Assembly: GCA_049322655.1 (NCBI GenBank)
Contig: JBMORP010000006.1
Location: forward strand, 320,410 to 384,409
From: Patescibacteria group bacterium
GTDB lineage: Bacteria; Patescibacteriota; Microgenomatia; UBA1400; PJMF01
Direction of reading: 5' to 3'
Length of the DNA stretch: 64,000 nt
The notes under the pieces were generated by a model. The model saw only the letters and a program-made list of their open reading frames with translations. It searched no databases and had not been told where the DNA came from. Of this stretch, positions 39,468 through 49,393 are shown in pieces (the stretch's first letter is position 1; every line of letters begins with the position of its first letter). Both the position numbers and the translations under genes were made by a program.

Positions 39468-39502
39468 TCTTCAGATTATAGCTTAACTGTTATACTACCA
39501 AC

Positions 39503-40171
39503 ATGGCTGATATTCTTACAAGAAAAGCTGGTGAGAACCTCCTTAAAAGCTTTTTTGAAAACTATCGAACTTTTACTTATAAAACTGGTGAAACTATTAT
39601 TCAACCAGGAGATAAATTAACAACTATCTATTATTTAGAATCTGGTTACGTTAGCCAACAAGTAATCTCAGAAAATGGTGAAGACTTTATTTTAAATATC
39701 TTCAAACCAGGTTCTTATTTCCCAATCTCTTTGGTTCTTCAAGGTTCAGAAAATGAGTATTTTTATGAAAGTTTAACTGAAGTTAGAATTAAAAAAGCTC
39801 CAATTAAAGAAGTTTTATTATTTTTGAAAAATAATCCACAGGCTATGGAAGAGTTACTGCTAAGACTTAGTGCTGGTCTCAATATGCTCGCCAATAGAAC
39901 AGAAGCCTTAGTTTTTGGTGATGCAGGCAGAAAGGTAGCGGCCACCCTTTATTTTACTGCCCAAAGATTTGGTAAAACTAAAAACAAAAAAACAATTATT
40001 AACTTTCCTCTTACTCATAAAAGAATTGCCACTATGACTGGCATTACCAGAGAAACTGTTAGTATTGAAATGAGTAAGTTGAAAAAAAGCCAAATCATAG
40101 ACTATCAAGGCAAACAAGTCTCAGTCTTGGATATGAAAAAGCTTCACCATTCTTGTCTATGTAATCTTTAA
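39503..40171 (+). CDS. Crp/Fnr family transcriptional regulator
   Basis: cNMP-binding fold (YYLESG.V...GE..IL); HTH LTHKRIATMTGITRETVS. Confidence 0.92.
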   Translation: MADILTRKAGENLLKSFFENYRTFTYKTGETIIQPGDKLTTIYYLESGYVSQQVISENGEDFILNIFKPGSYFPISLVLQGSENEYFYESLTEVRIKKAPIKEVLLFLKNNPQAMEELLLRLSAGLNMLANRTEALVFGDAGRKVAATLYFTAQRFGKTKNKKTIINFPLTHKRIATMTGITRETVSIEMSKLKKSQIIDYQGKQVSVLDMKKLHHSCLCNL

Positions 40172-40187
40172 AAAAACAGCAAAAATC

Positions 40188-41207
40188 ATGGGTTTCGGTA
40201 TAAAAACTAAAATCAGCAAACTAGTAAAAAATAAAATTAATTTTTATCATCTTTTTGGCCCAAGAATTATTAGAATTAATCCAATTGGTTACGCCTGTAC
40301 TAATGCTTGTCCAATGTGTTGGCGAGTCATGAACCAAATTAATAAAAAAGGTGGCCTAAAAAAAACAGAACTTCAATGGAAAAATTACAAAAAACTTTTG
40401 GAAAACATTCCTTTTACTGTTGAAACCATTGAAGTCGTAGGAGGTGGAGAACCATTATTGTTTCCCCAAATAGATAAACTTTTAAAACTAATTAAAAAGA
40501 AAAAAATAAATGCTTCTCTAATCACCAATGGAGTACTATTAACTCCAAAAATTAGCAAACTGCTTATCGATATCGGCTGGGACATGGTTAGAGTCTCAAT
40601 TAATGCTGGTAGTAAAGAAGTTTACCCCCTAGCTAATGGTTCATATTACTTTGATAAAATCGTTAACAACTTAGAACAACTAATTGCTCTCAGAAAAGAG
40701 AAAAACTCACCCAAAGTCGGGTTGCATTTTGTAATTCAAAAATCAAACTTTAAAGATATCGCTAACTTTATTAAGTTAGCAGAAAAATTAAATATTGATT
40801 TTATTAGTTTTGATAACCTGATTTATGATTCTCCAGAAAATTTAAAATTAACTAATCAAGAGAATCAAGCTTTAGCCAAGATTTTAATCTTAGCTAAAAA
40901 ACATACTAAAATTGAAAATAATATTGAGCAAGTTTTGAAAAAAATCAAACAAGGCAATACCAAAAGAAAAAAATCATATTTTGCAGACAAATATTGTCAA
41001 ATAGTTCAAGAAAATCTAGATATTAGTTCAGAAGGAGTGACTGTCCCTTGCTGTATGGCCTATGGAGAAAAAATCTCTAAGAATTTAAAAGAAAAAGATC
41101 TTAAAACTATCTGGCAAGAATTTTCCCAATTCAGAACAGAGCTGAGGAAAGGCCAATTCAAGGATTTTTGTTATAAAAAATGTAACTACCCACTAGAAAA
41201 AATCTAG
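40188..41207 (+). CDS. Radical SAM protein with SPASM/twitch domain
   Basis: CTNACPMC, GGGEPLL, ITNG; C-terminal C...PCC...C...C. Confidence 0.9.
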   Translation: MGFGIKTKISKLVKNKINFYHLFGPRIIRINPIGYACTNACPMCWRVMNQINKKGGLKKTELQWKNYKKLLENIPFTVETIEVVGGGEPLLFPQIDKLLKLIKKKKINASLITNGVLLTPKISKLLIDIGWDMVRVSINAGSKEVYPLANGSYYFDKIVNNLEQLIALRKEKNSPKVGLHFVIQKSNFKDIANFIKLAEKLNIDFISFDNLIYDSPENLKLTNQENQALAKILILAKKHTKIENNIEQVLKKIKQGNTKRKKSYFADKYCQIVQENLDISSEGVTVPCCMAYGEKISKNLKEKDLKTIWQEFSQFRTELRKGQFKDFCYKKCNYPLEKI

Positions 41208-41518
41208 ACTTTGGGATTTAAAACTAGTTTTTCAAACTTACCAGAACGAACTAACAAAGCAATTACAGCATAAACTGCAATATCTTTCCAGTTATCATCC
41301 AAACTCTCGTTTTTGGGCTTTTTACCAGCTGTTAATAAGTTCTGCAGTCGTCTCAATTTGTCATTAGTTCTAAACAAAATTCCCAACTCACCAGTATCTA
41401 AAATATTGCCTTTACCATAATCCTTGTGCTTTTGAATAAAAGTTCGTAACAGCTCTTCACAAATCTCTTGAAATGCCTCATCAAGGTATTGTTTGCTAGA
41501 AGTTGATTTACTTGCCAT
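41204..41518 (-). CDS. DUF1599 / nucleotide-modification-associated domain protein
   Basis: K.KDYG, R..DK..RL.NL, ES..D...D.A.YA motifs. Confidence 0.75.
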   Translation of the reverse strand: MASKSTSSKQYLDEAFQEICEELLRTFIQKHKDYGKGNILDTGELGILFRTNDKLRRLQNLLTAGKKPKNESLDDNWKDIAVYAVIALLVRSGKFEKLVLNPKV

Positions 41519-41565
41519 GAAAGGACTCCCTTCAATTAATTTACGAGAACCCTCTTAGATTAACA

Positions 41566-41599
41566 CACCCCCTAGTCTTTTTGAAAGAACTAGGGGGTG
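41566..41599. terminator. Terminator-like hairpin after the 41630-41953 gene
   Basis: CACCCCCTAGT / ACTAGGGGGTG 11-bp stem. Confidence 0.75.
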
Positions 41600-41629
41600 C
41601 TTTGATTAACAAATATAATTACTCAATAA

Positions 41630-41953
41630 TTATTTGCCCATACGAATACGAGCAACTGTAGCGGCGACACCAGTGACAACAGTGCCAACTGACATTGCAA
41701 TACCTTGAGCATCAAGCCCAGTATCAACTACTTCATGAGTGACTACACCATCACGTTTAACGATGGCACTAGCAGTAGCATCACTCTTAGCTTTACAGTT
41801 GGTATTTTGACCATACTGTCCAGTTGTTTCACAAACAACTTCTGCATTAGCGTTGGCTTCAACTTGCACTTCATCAGCGTAAGCTTTGGCAACAACACCA
41901 TTTAACATTACTGCAGCAACTGCTACAGCAACGAGTGATTTGACGATTTTCAT
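41630..41953 (-). CDS. Small secreted protein with C-terminal sortase-like signal (VVDTG + TM + basic tail)
   Basis: Signal peptide ending AYA; C..TGQYG...C; VVDTGL followed by a hydrophobic stretch and RIRMGK; SD AAGGAG. Confidence 0.65.
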   Translation of the reverse strand: MKIVKSLVAVAVAAVMLNGVVAKAYADEVQVEANANAEVVCETTGQYGQNTNCKAKSDATASAIVKRDGVVTHEVVDTGLDAQGIAMSVGTVVTGVAATVARIRMGK

Positions 41954-42103
41954 GCGTCTCCTTTTTTGAGTCCCATGTTCTGTTAAGCCTGATTTACCTT
42001 TTTAGAAGTAAATCAAAAGGGACACGATTCAACCCACTGTAGGGCTGCACACTGTTACTATTTTTTTTAGAATAATAAAAATATTTTACTATTCTGATAT
42101 ATT

Positions 42104-42132
42104 ATGATAACTTAAGAACATCCTTTTGTCAA
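42104..42132 (-). promoter_or_regulatory. Sigma70-type promoter
   Basis: TTGACA-17 nt-TATCAT on the minus strand, preceded by GTCCCTATAA. Confidence 0.6.
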
Positions 42133-42165
42133 TAGTTATAGGGACGTTATATCAGGAAACATTTT

Positions 42166-43401
42166 TTAGTAATTTACATGGAGATAATAAGTATCTTCAG
42201 AGTCATCTTTATGATCAACCTTAACATATCTGAGGTAGCCTCCGCCACACTTAATACTACCTCGATATAAGGTACCATCTCTAACTGCTTTCACCGTATA
42301 ATCACCAGAAGTTTTACTCAAGATGTCAATACCAGTATGAGGCGATCCACCATAAAATCTCTTGACTCTGGCATAATAAGTCATCCCATAACCCTGAGTA
42401 ATTAAAGCTGCATTATTAACTGGCCATTCCCAACTACCAGAAAAACCAAAGGGATCATCAGGATTATTATGCCAAATAATATCGGTAGATTTTAAATAGC
42501 CAGCAGGATTACGATGAGCCCCATCCTTGGCTACTTCAAAATGAAGGTGAGCTCCAGTAGAACAAGCAGATGGACCAGCAATAATCGAAGCAATTTTATC
42601 GCCTTGTTTCACATCTTTAACTTTGCTTTCATCACCACGGCCAGCAATAATCGACTGAATAGCTTCCAACTCAGCTAAAGTCTTGGCTAATTCTGATTGA
42701 TATTTAGCTTCATTATTTTTAGTCTCACTCAGTAGATATTGTTGATCTGCCTTTTGTGAACGAAGAGATTCTTGCAAATTCTCTAGAGAAATCTTTTTTA
42801 GTTCTAGCTCTGTTTGTTTGTCTTCCTTGAGTTGTTTTTGTTCATCATATTCAAGTCGTTGAGTTTCAGTTCTAGCCATCACCTCAGCAGTCTGTTTTTG
42901 TGCCAAAGATAAGTATCTCAAGTTGGCAATAACATCTGTCAAAGACTCTGAACCAAGTAACTGTAAACTAGGGCTAGTTCTACTTTGTTTATATTGAGCC
43001 TGAACTCGCTCAATCAAGACTGTTCCCAGTCTATCTAACGAATAACCCAAGCCCTTAATTCTTTCAGTTAACTCGGTAACCTGATTTTCCAGTTTAAATA
43101 TTTCTGATTTGGTTAGATCAACTTGAAGTTGCTGAAGAGAAATCTGTCCATTTAATAAATTAATGGTACTAGTCAAGGTAGTAGCTTGAGTTTGGGCATC
43201 GGCAATTTTTTGTTCCCAACAGACCTGTTTCTTTTTATTACATTCATAATAATCTGTCTCTGATTGAGTAGCCGAAGAACAAACAATACTGGCACAATCA
43301 TCTGCTTGAATAGTTTGAGCTTGGTCAAAAGAAACAAACCACAATCCACCCAACAAAATTGGTAGCAACCAGAGGAAAATGATCTTTTTAGATAATTTCA
43401 T
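42166..43401 (-). CDS. Coiled-coil murein hydrolase/activator (EnvC/PcsB-like) with circularly permuted M23 domain
   Basis: Signal anchor; long coiled coil; STGAHLHFEV precedes WPV...ITQGYG...HTGID...YLH; follows ftsX. Confidence 0.8.
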   Translation of the reverse strand: MKLSKKIIFLWLLPILLGGLWFVSFDQAQTIQADDCASIVCSSATQSETDYYECNKKKQVCWEQKIADAQTQATTLTSTINLLNGQISLQQLQVDLTKSEIFKLENQVTELTERIKGLGYSLDRLGTVLIERVQAQYKQSRTSPSLQLLGSESLTDVIANLRYLSLAQKQTAEVMARTETQRLEYDEQKQLKEDKQTELELKKISLENLQESLRSQKADQQYLLSETKNNEAKYQSELAKTLAELEAIQSIIAGRGDESKVKDVKQGDKIASIIAGPSACSTGAHLHFEVAKDGAHRNPAGYLKSTDIIWHNNPDDPFGFSGSWEWPVNNAALITQGYGMTYYARVKRFYGGSPHTGIDILSKTSGDYTVKAVRDGTLYRGSIKCGGGYLRYVKVDHKDDSEDTYYLHVNY

Positions 43402-43413
43402 CCTTACCCCATT

Positions 43414-44286
43414 TTAACGTCTTTTCAACATTCGTCGAGCAGCCATCAAACTAGCCCCAGCTCCTAACATCACCGCCAACAAAGTACCAACTCCAAGCTG
43501 ATAAATAAAGAAATCAATTGATAAAGGGAAACTAACAATTACCCCCAAGAAACTCTGTAACCACGGAGTTGCATAGAGTAAAAATCCATACATTACTCCC
43601 CAGCCCAATAATGATCCCATCACCCCATAAAGAGCACCTTCCATCACAAAAGGGCCGCTCACATACCAATTCGTGGCCCCAATCACTTTCATTACTGCAA
43701 TTGCATGTCTTCTGGCAGAAATCTTCATACTCATCAGGGTGACAATCACCAAGAATGAGACTAAGCCCAAAGTCGAGGTTACCGCCAAACCAACAGCTCT
43801 AACAGCCGAAGTCCATTGCTGAATATTTTTAATAATATCTTCTTGGTAAACCACATCATCTACCCCTTTAAAACTAGCCAAATCTTCTTGAATCAAAGCT
43901 AAAGAAGTAGCATCCTTACCAGAGACTTCGATACTAGCCGGCAAAATATCTGCTGTCACCAACTCCAGTAAGAGAGGATTATCTTTGTGATCTTGTTTAT
44001 AAAACTCTAAAGCTTGCTCTTTGGACACAATCTTGACTTCTGCTACATAGCTTTTGCTCTTCATTTCTTCAGCAATTCGATCAACTTCGGTGGAAGCAGT
44101 GCCGACCTCAAAGAAAGCAATTACTTGAGGTCTAGTCTCAAAAAACTTCAGCACTGTATCAGTACCCAAAATAAATAAAGAAAAAACATAACCAACAAAA
44201 AAAGTGACTGTAATCACTAATAAAGCTAAAGTACTCTGGTAAGGAGATCGTCTAATCGCCACTAATGCATCTTGAAGTTTTTTCAT
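43414..44286 (-). CDS. ftsX: Cell division permease FtsX
   Basis: VSKEQAL, LPASIEV, MKVIGATNWYV..PF..EG; adjacent to ftsE. Confidence 0.93.
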   Translation of the reverse strand: MKKLQDALVAIRRSPYQSTLALLVITVTFFVGYVFSLFILGTDTVLKFFETRPQVIAFFEVGTASTEVDRIAEEMKSKSYVAEVKIVSKEQALEFYKQDHKDNPLLLELVTADILPASIEVSGKDATSLALIQEDLASFKGVDDVVYQEDIIKNIQQWTSAVRAVGLAVTSTLGLVSFLVIVTLMSMKISARRHAIAVMKVIGATNWYVSGPFVMEGALYGVMGSLLGWGVMYGFLLYATPWLQSFLGVIVSFPLSIDFFIYQLGVGTLLAVMLGAGASLMAARRMLKRR

Positions 44287-45224
44287 GACTTTTTTTCTTC
44301 CTTATCTGCTTTACTGGTTTTCTTGAAAAAAGGTAAGGAAAAACCAAATTTTTTAGGTTTGTTTTCGTCGGCTGGCTTTTTTGTTTGATCAGGCTGTTTA
44401 ATAAAATCCTCAATTAGATCTTGATCTTCAGTGTGTTCAGGCTTGCGCTTATCTTTATTAACCGGCTGTTTGTTTTCCTTCTTATCGATTTTTTGAGGTG
44501 ATGGTTTTGCTGGAGTTTTTTCTGCTAATTTGGGCGAGTCTTTTTGAGCAACCTGCTTGGGAGCAGAATCACTTTTTAAGACTCCTTTGTCCAGTTTAAT
44601 AATTCTTTCTTTAGCCAGGTCATCAAGAACAACTACATCATGAGTAGCCAAAATAATCGTGGTACCTAATTTATTGATTTGCTTAAGCAACTTGATAATG
44701 GCTAAACTTGATTCTCTGTCCAAATTTCCGGTTGGCTCATCAGCAAAAATCAAACTTGGGCCAGTGGCCAAAGCCCGAGCTATACTCACTCTTTGAGCTT
44801 CACCTCCAGATAATTGCTTGGGAAACATCAAAGCTTTTTCAGTCAAAGACACCAAATTTAACAGATCAGTCACTCTGGATTCAATTTCAGCTGTTGGCTT
44901 CCCAATAATCGATAATGGTAAAGCAATGTTTTCCCAAACATTCAACTCTGGTAGTAAACGGTAATCTTGAAAAACTACGCCGATTTTCCTTCTATGAGCA
45001 GGTAATTGGGAAGCGGGCAAGTTATTAATCACTGCATCTTTATAAATAACTTCACCCTCACTAGGAACTAAATCTTTAATCAATAGATTCATCAAGGTAG
45101 TCTTACCACTGCCAGATGGACCAGCAACAATCACAAAATCACCAGAATCAAGATGAAATGAAACATCTTTAAGGGCAACATCCCCATTGCCAAATTTTTT
45201 GGTTACGGACACAAAACTAAGCAT
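44283..45224 (-). CDS. ftsE: Cell division ATP-binding protein FtsE with charged C-terminal extension
   Basis: GPSGSGKTT, RRKIGVVFQDYRLL, LSGGEAQRV, ADEPTGNLD, ATHD. Confidence 0.93.
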   Translation of the reverse strand: MLSFVSVTKKFGNGDVALKDVSFHLDSGDFVIVAGPSGSGKTTLMNLLIKDLVPSEGEVIYKDAVINNLPASQLPAHRRKIGVVFQDYRLLPELNVWENIALPLSIIGKPTAEIESRVTDLLNLVSLTEKALMFPKQLSGGEAQRVSIARALATGPSLIFADEPTGNLDRESSLAIIKLLKQINKLGTTIILATHDVVVLDDLAKERIIKLDKGVLKSDSAPKQVAQKDSPKLAEKTPAKPSPQKIDKKENKQPVNKDKRKPEHTEDQDLIEDFIKQPDQTKKPADENKPKKFGFSLPFFKKTSKADKEEKKS

Positions 45225-45286
45225 ATTTGTAAATCTATAATAACAAACTCAGTACCGAGAAAACTAGTGTAAAAAAAAGTAATTTC

Positions 45287-45886
45287 TTACTCTTCAACTG
45301 GAGGCTCGGCCTTGACCTCAACTACCTGGATTCGGCCAACATCCATTAACCAGCCAGCTTTTTGCCCTTTAAAAGTTTCTCCCCAAACCTTAACTTGCAT
45401 GCCCACCAATTTATCCAAATCAGTAATTGAAGAAGTCAAGTAAACTGTTTGGCTTTCACCACCCTCTCTCAAAAGTCGATGTGAACCTTCACCATCAACG
45501 CCTCCTTCAGCCAGATAACCTTCAGCACTATCTTTAAAAGTTTGATCATCCTTGATGCCAAAAACATCGCCTGCTTTGACTACATCACCAGCCACTTGTT
45601 GATCAGCCTGAGGGGATTCAGTGGCACTTGTCTTCATTTTAAGTTTAAAAGCGCCAAAACCGGTCCCAAAACCAGCAGCAAGAGCGACAAAAACTACTAC
45701 AGCTAACATCTTTTTTTGTTGAGATTGCATATCTTTTTTTTCTTTTTCTGTTGTTAAATTTAAAGTCTTAATGCCAATAGAAGACAAGTCATGATTGTGC
45801 CTCACATCCCGAGCTTCGTCAAGGGTAGTGGTTGCAGGTGAACCATCCAAATTTTCTGTTCTTATTTTGGGCTTAGTCTCTGACAT
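45287..45886 (-). CDS. Hypothetical membrane-anchored protein
   Basis: Single TM; compact C-terminal domain (GEGSH.L.R.GG.SQ.VYLTSS...GWLMDVGR). Confidence 0.7.
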   Translation of the reverse strand: MSETKPKIRTENLDGSPATTTLDEARDVRHNHDLSSIGIKTLNLTTEKEKKDMQSQQKKMLAVVVFVALAAGFGTGFGAFKLKMKTSATESPQADQQVAGDVVKAGDVFGIKDDQTFKDSAEGYLAEGGVDGEGSHRLLREGGESQTVYLTSSITDLDKLVGMQVKVWGETFKGQKAGWLMDVGRIQVVEVKAEPPVEE

Positions 45887-45916
45887 ATACCAATTATCAT
45901 ACCCTATTTCAAACTG

Positions 45917-46999
45917 CTATGTGAGTTTTATTTCTTCAAAAATAAATCGATCCAAATCACCAGCTAAAACCCCAACCGTATCAGAAGTCTCAACGGCTGT
46001 TCTGGTATCTTTAACTAACTGATAAGGATGTAAAACATAATTTCTAATTTGAGTACCCCAGCTAGCATGTTGATGCTCGCCTTTTTGTTTGCTCAACTCC
46101 GCCAACTGTTTTTCTTCCTCAAGAATAGCTAATTTTGATTTCAACATTTTTAAGGCTTTTTCTCTGTTTTGCACCTGACTTCTTTCTTCTCTACATCTAA
46201 CCACAATTCCAGTGGGTAAATGCCTCAATTCCACCGCGCTATTAACTTTATTAACACTTTGACCACCAGCCCCACCAGCCCGCATAAATGACCACTCTAA
46301 ATCTGTATCTTTAAGCTCTATGTCACTATCATCATCTAAAAGTGGCGCTACCTCAACTAAAGCAAACGAAGTTTGTCTTAAGTTGTCTGCATTAAAAGGA
46401 CTCAATCTAACCAACCGATGAGTTCCTTGCTCTTTTTTTAAAAAACCGTAAGCATTATTAACTCTAACCTCAAAAATCATTTCTTTAATCCCAGCATCTT
46501 CACCTCTAACCTCAGAAATTAATGAATACTTCCACCCTTTTCTTTCAAAATATCTGGCATACATCCTAGCTACCATTTCTGCCCAATCCATAGCTTCAGT
46601 CCCTCCCTGCCCTGGATGAACAGAAAGAATCGCAGCCTCAACATCATATTTGCCAGTTAAATAGGTCTCAAGCTCAAGCTCTTTAAAAAGTTTAACTAAT
46701 TGCCAATATTTAGTTGTTGTTTCTTGGGCAAAGGCTTGTTGCTCTTGGGTCTCCAAATCCAAAAAAGCTTGAATATCACCAACCAAAGTGGCTAGTTGTT
46801 GGTAACTATCTAATTGAGCTTGCAAACCAGATACTCGTTGCATTTTTTGTTGAGCATCACCCCGCTCCCAAAATCCCGGTTCACCAGATTCAGTTTGCAA
46901 GGCTTTTAATTCTGCTTGTTTGGTGGGTTGATCGATTTCTGTTAGAAACTGTTTCACCTGCTCAACCAAGTTTGTTAATTCCTCAAAAGTAAGTTCCAT
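45917..46999 (-). CDS. prfB: Peptide chain release factor 2 (continuous ORF, no frameshift)
   Basis: [12 protein letters not shown] specificity tripeptide, GGQ motif, [12 protein letters not shown]. Confidence 0.96.
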   Translation of the reverse strand: MELTFEELTNLVEQVKQFLTEIDQPTKQAELKALQTESGEPGFWERGDAQQKMQRVSGLQAQLDSYQQLATLVGDIQAFLDLETQEQQAFAQETTTKYWQLVKLFKELELETYLTGKYDVEAAILSVHPGQGGTEAMDWAEMVARMYARYFERKGWKYSLISEVRGEDAGIKEMIFEVRVNNAYGFLKKEQGTHRLVRLSPFNADNLRQTSFALVEVAPLLDDDSDIELKDTDLEWSFMRAGGAGGQSVNKVNSAVELRHLPTGIVVRCREERSQVQNREKALKMLKSKLAILEEEKQLAELSKQKGEHQHASWGTQIRNYVLHPYQLVKDTRTAVETSDTVGVLAGDLDRFIFEEIKLT

Positions 47000-47004
47000 A
47001 ACTT

Positions 47005-48633
47005 TTATTCTAACTCCTCTGTCCAGACAAAACTGTCATTAACAATATTTTGATAAATTAAACCAGACTGTTTTTGGATAAAAACTTGATCAACTGCTGT
47101 GGCCATAACGAAATCAGTCACTACTTCAACTTGGTTATTTTCTGGCACAGTCACCAAAAATCCATACTGATAATAAACTTGGCCATTAGCTATTACTAAC
47201 TCTGTTTTATCCCAATCTGTTAAAACCTGCTCTCCGACTTTAACACTAACCAATTCCAGATTAGTAGAAGTAATTAGGCGGTAGTAATTAATATAACCCA
47301 AATGAGAAGCTGTTTTATAAAATTCATTATTAGTAGGTAAAACAGGACGATCAGTTACTGTTGCTTGGTTATTAAAATTAACTTGTAAGCGTAATAATTG
47401 GTTATTTTTACTAAGATCAAGAGTTCTCGTCACCCAACGGTTGGCTTTATTTACCCCCACATTAGATTCGACTGGGAAAATAAAAACCTCTTCCTGGTTA
47501 TAGGCATATAAATTTCCAGCTACTTTTAGTTTGACAAAATTGTTTTCTACCAAATCATCTACAGCAAAAAACTGAATTTCTCGCCAAAAAGCTCCTTTTA
47601 AAAACGCCTTTAAGAAAATAATTAATTCTTGGTTTGATAAAGAATTAATTTTCAAAAACAAAGCTGTTTGCAACGCCGACAAGTTATTTTCTTTTTGATT
47701 ACTACCAGGGAAAAACTCAGTTCGATCAGCTCGAAGTAACTCAGCCAACTCATCGGCACTAATCACTGTTTTTTTATCTGGCAGATAGATCTCGCCCAGC
47801 AAAGCAATGGTTTTTTCTAACGTAGCAAAGTTCAAAGCAATTACCCCATCATAATATTGAGGATCACCTTCAATATTGGCAAAAAACCAAAGAATATCTT
47901 TGGCCGTTGTCGAAAAATCAGCTGACCAATTAGCATCATGAAGTGGTAAACCTTTGCCCTCACTAAGGTAAAAATCATAACCTGGTGGTGACTGTTTGGT
48001 TGGACTTAAGCCACTCGGATCATAAATATCACGGATCACAAAACGCAAAAAATCTGGTTTGGCAAAATTTAAGACAGCATAAGAACCCATAAAACCACCA
48101 GTAGCTCTAAGTTCAGTAGAATTTTGAAAAATTAATAAATATTTTTTTCCAGCTTCTTTCTCTTGGTTGATTACTCTTAATAAACCAACTAACTCTTTGA
48201 GTTCAGCTGGTTCATAGCCATTTTTAGTAAAAACTTGGTTGATTAACCAAGATTTTTCTCCCTGAGCTAACATTTCCTCACTATGAATTAAAAAATTAGC
48301 TAAGTGATAATTAGTCATTAACCAAGTTAAAGGATCGGTTTGGTTTTTAGCCTCAGCAATCAAGCTGACTGTTTCCTGACCTAAAAGAATATTCTCTCGC
48401 CAAAATTCAAGAAGTGGGAGTTTTTTCAAACTCAAAACTGAAAACAACCCTGTCACAGGCCTAACCACGGCAAAAGAAAAACTTGCTAAACCAAGGTTGG
48501 CTTTGATAATAGACAACCAAGCCACCAGAGTAAAAACTATACTTAGTAACCAAATAATGACTAACCTAATCGCAACCTTCTTTAACCATTTAAATTCCAA
48601 AATCGACTTTACTGAAAAATAAGAATTAATCAT
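47005..48633 (-). CDS. DUF4012-like membrane-anchored protein
   Basis: [43 protein letters not shown]. Confidence 0.82.
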   Translation of the reverse strand: MINSYFSVKSILEFKWLKKVAIRLVIIWLLSIVFTLVAWLSIIKANLGLASFSFAVVRPVTGLFSVLSLKKLPLLEFWRENILLGQETVSLIAEAKNQTDPLTWLMTNYHLANFLIHSEEMLAQGEKSWLINQVFTKNGYEPAELKELVGLLRVINQEKEAGKKYLLIFQNSTELRATGGFMGSYAVLNFAKPDFLRFVIRDIYDPSGLSPTKQSPPGYDFYLSEGKGLPLHDANWSADFSTTAKDILWFFANIEGDPQYYDGVIALNFATLEKTIALLGEIYLPDKKTVISADELAELLRADRTEFFPGSNQKENNLSALQTALFLKINSLSNQELIIFLKAFLKGAFWREIQFFAVDDLVENNFVKLKVAGNLYAYNQEEVFIFPVESNVGVNKANRWVTRTLDLSKNNQLLRLQVNFNNQATVTDRPVLPTNNEFYKTASHLGYINYYRLITSTNLELVSVKVGEQVLTDWDKTELVIANGQVYYQYGFLVTVPENNQVEVVTDFVMATAVDQVFIQKQSGLIYQNIVNDSFVWTEELE

Positions 48634-48676
48634 CTATATCTTGTATAATAACGCAAGTAAGAATAAAAAATCTTGT

Positions 48677-49393
48677 ATGAATCCTCAATCAACCAAAGTT
48701 GTTTTGCTTCATGGCTGGACTCCAGATACCGCAGTGATCGAACGCTGGCAACCTTTGAAAAAATTATTTGAAAAAAACAATTACCAAGTTTATCTATGGA
48801 AAATCCCAGGACTAACCACCAATCCAAATAAAACTTTTACTCTCGAAGAATATCAAGTTTGGTTGAAAACAAAAATCAAACCATTAAAAAAAGTGGTTTT
48901 AGTTGGTCATTCCTTTGGAGGGCAATTAGCTACTATTTTTACTGAACAAAATCCAGAATTAGTGGAAAAACTAATTTTAATCAATAGTGCTGGCATTAGA
49001 GACTTCACTTGGCAAAAAATCTTGAAAAGAAATATGCTTAAGTTTTTAGCCAAAATTGGTTTTATTTTCAAAAAAATAAATTTTTTTAGAAAAATTATTT
49101 ATAAATTAATTAGAGAAAAAGATTATTTGGAGGCTAACCACTTTCAAAGAGTAACTATCAACAATGCTCTCAGTTTTTCCGTTAAACCACTCTTAACTAA
49201 CATCAAAACTCCCACTTTAATTTTATGGGGGGAAAATGACCAAACTACCCCTCTTTATTTAGGTAAAGTTTTTAAAAACAATCTTCCCCACAATGACTTT
49301 ATTGAGCTACCAACTAGACATTCACCTGTTTATACTCACCCCCAACTAGTTTTCAATCATATTAATCAATTTATTAAAGAAAAAAAACTATGA
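48677..49393 (+). CDS. Alpha/beta hydrolase
   Basis: LLHGW, GHSFGG nucleophile elbow, LWGEND, H near the C-terminus. Confidence 0.9.
   Translation: MNPQSTKVVLLHGWTPDTAVIERWQPLKKLFEKNNYQVYLWKIPGLTTNPNKTFTLEEYQVWLKTKIKPLKKVVLVGHSFGGQLATIFTEQNPELVEKLILINSAGIRDFTWQKILKRNMLKFLAKIGFIFKKINFFRKIIYKLIREKDYLEANHFQRVTINNALSFSVKPLLTNIKTPTLILWGENDQTTPLYLGKVFKNNLPHNDFIELPTRHSPVYTHPQLVFNHINQFIKEKKL

Noticed and set aside
44283-46999. UGA-to-Gly recoding (code 25) as in some CPR lineages
   Set aside because: RF2 with the SPF motif is present, ftsE ends in TGA, and genes are full length under code 11.
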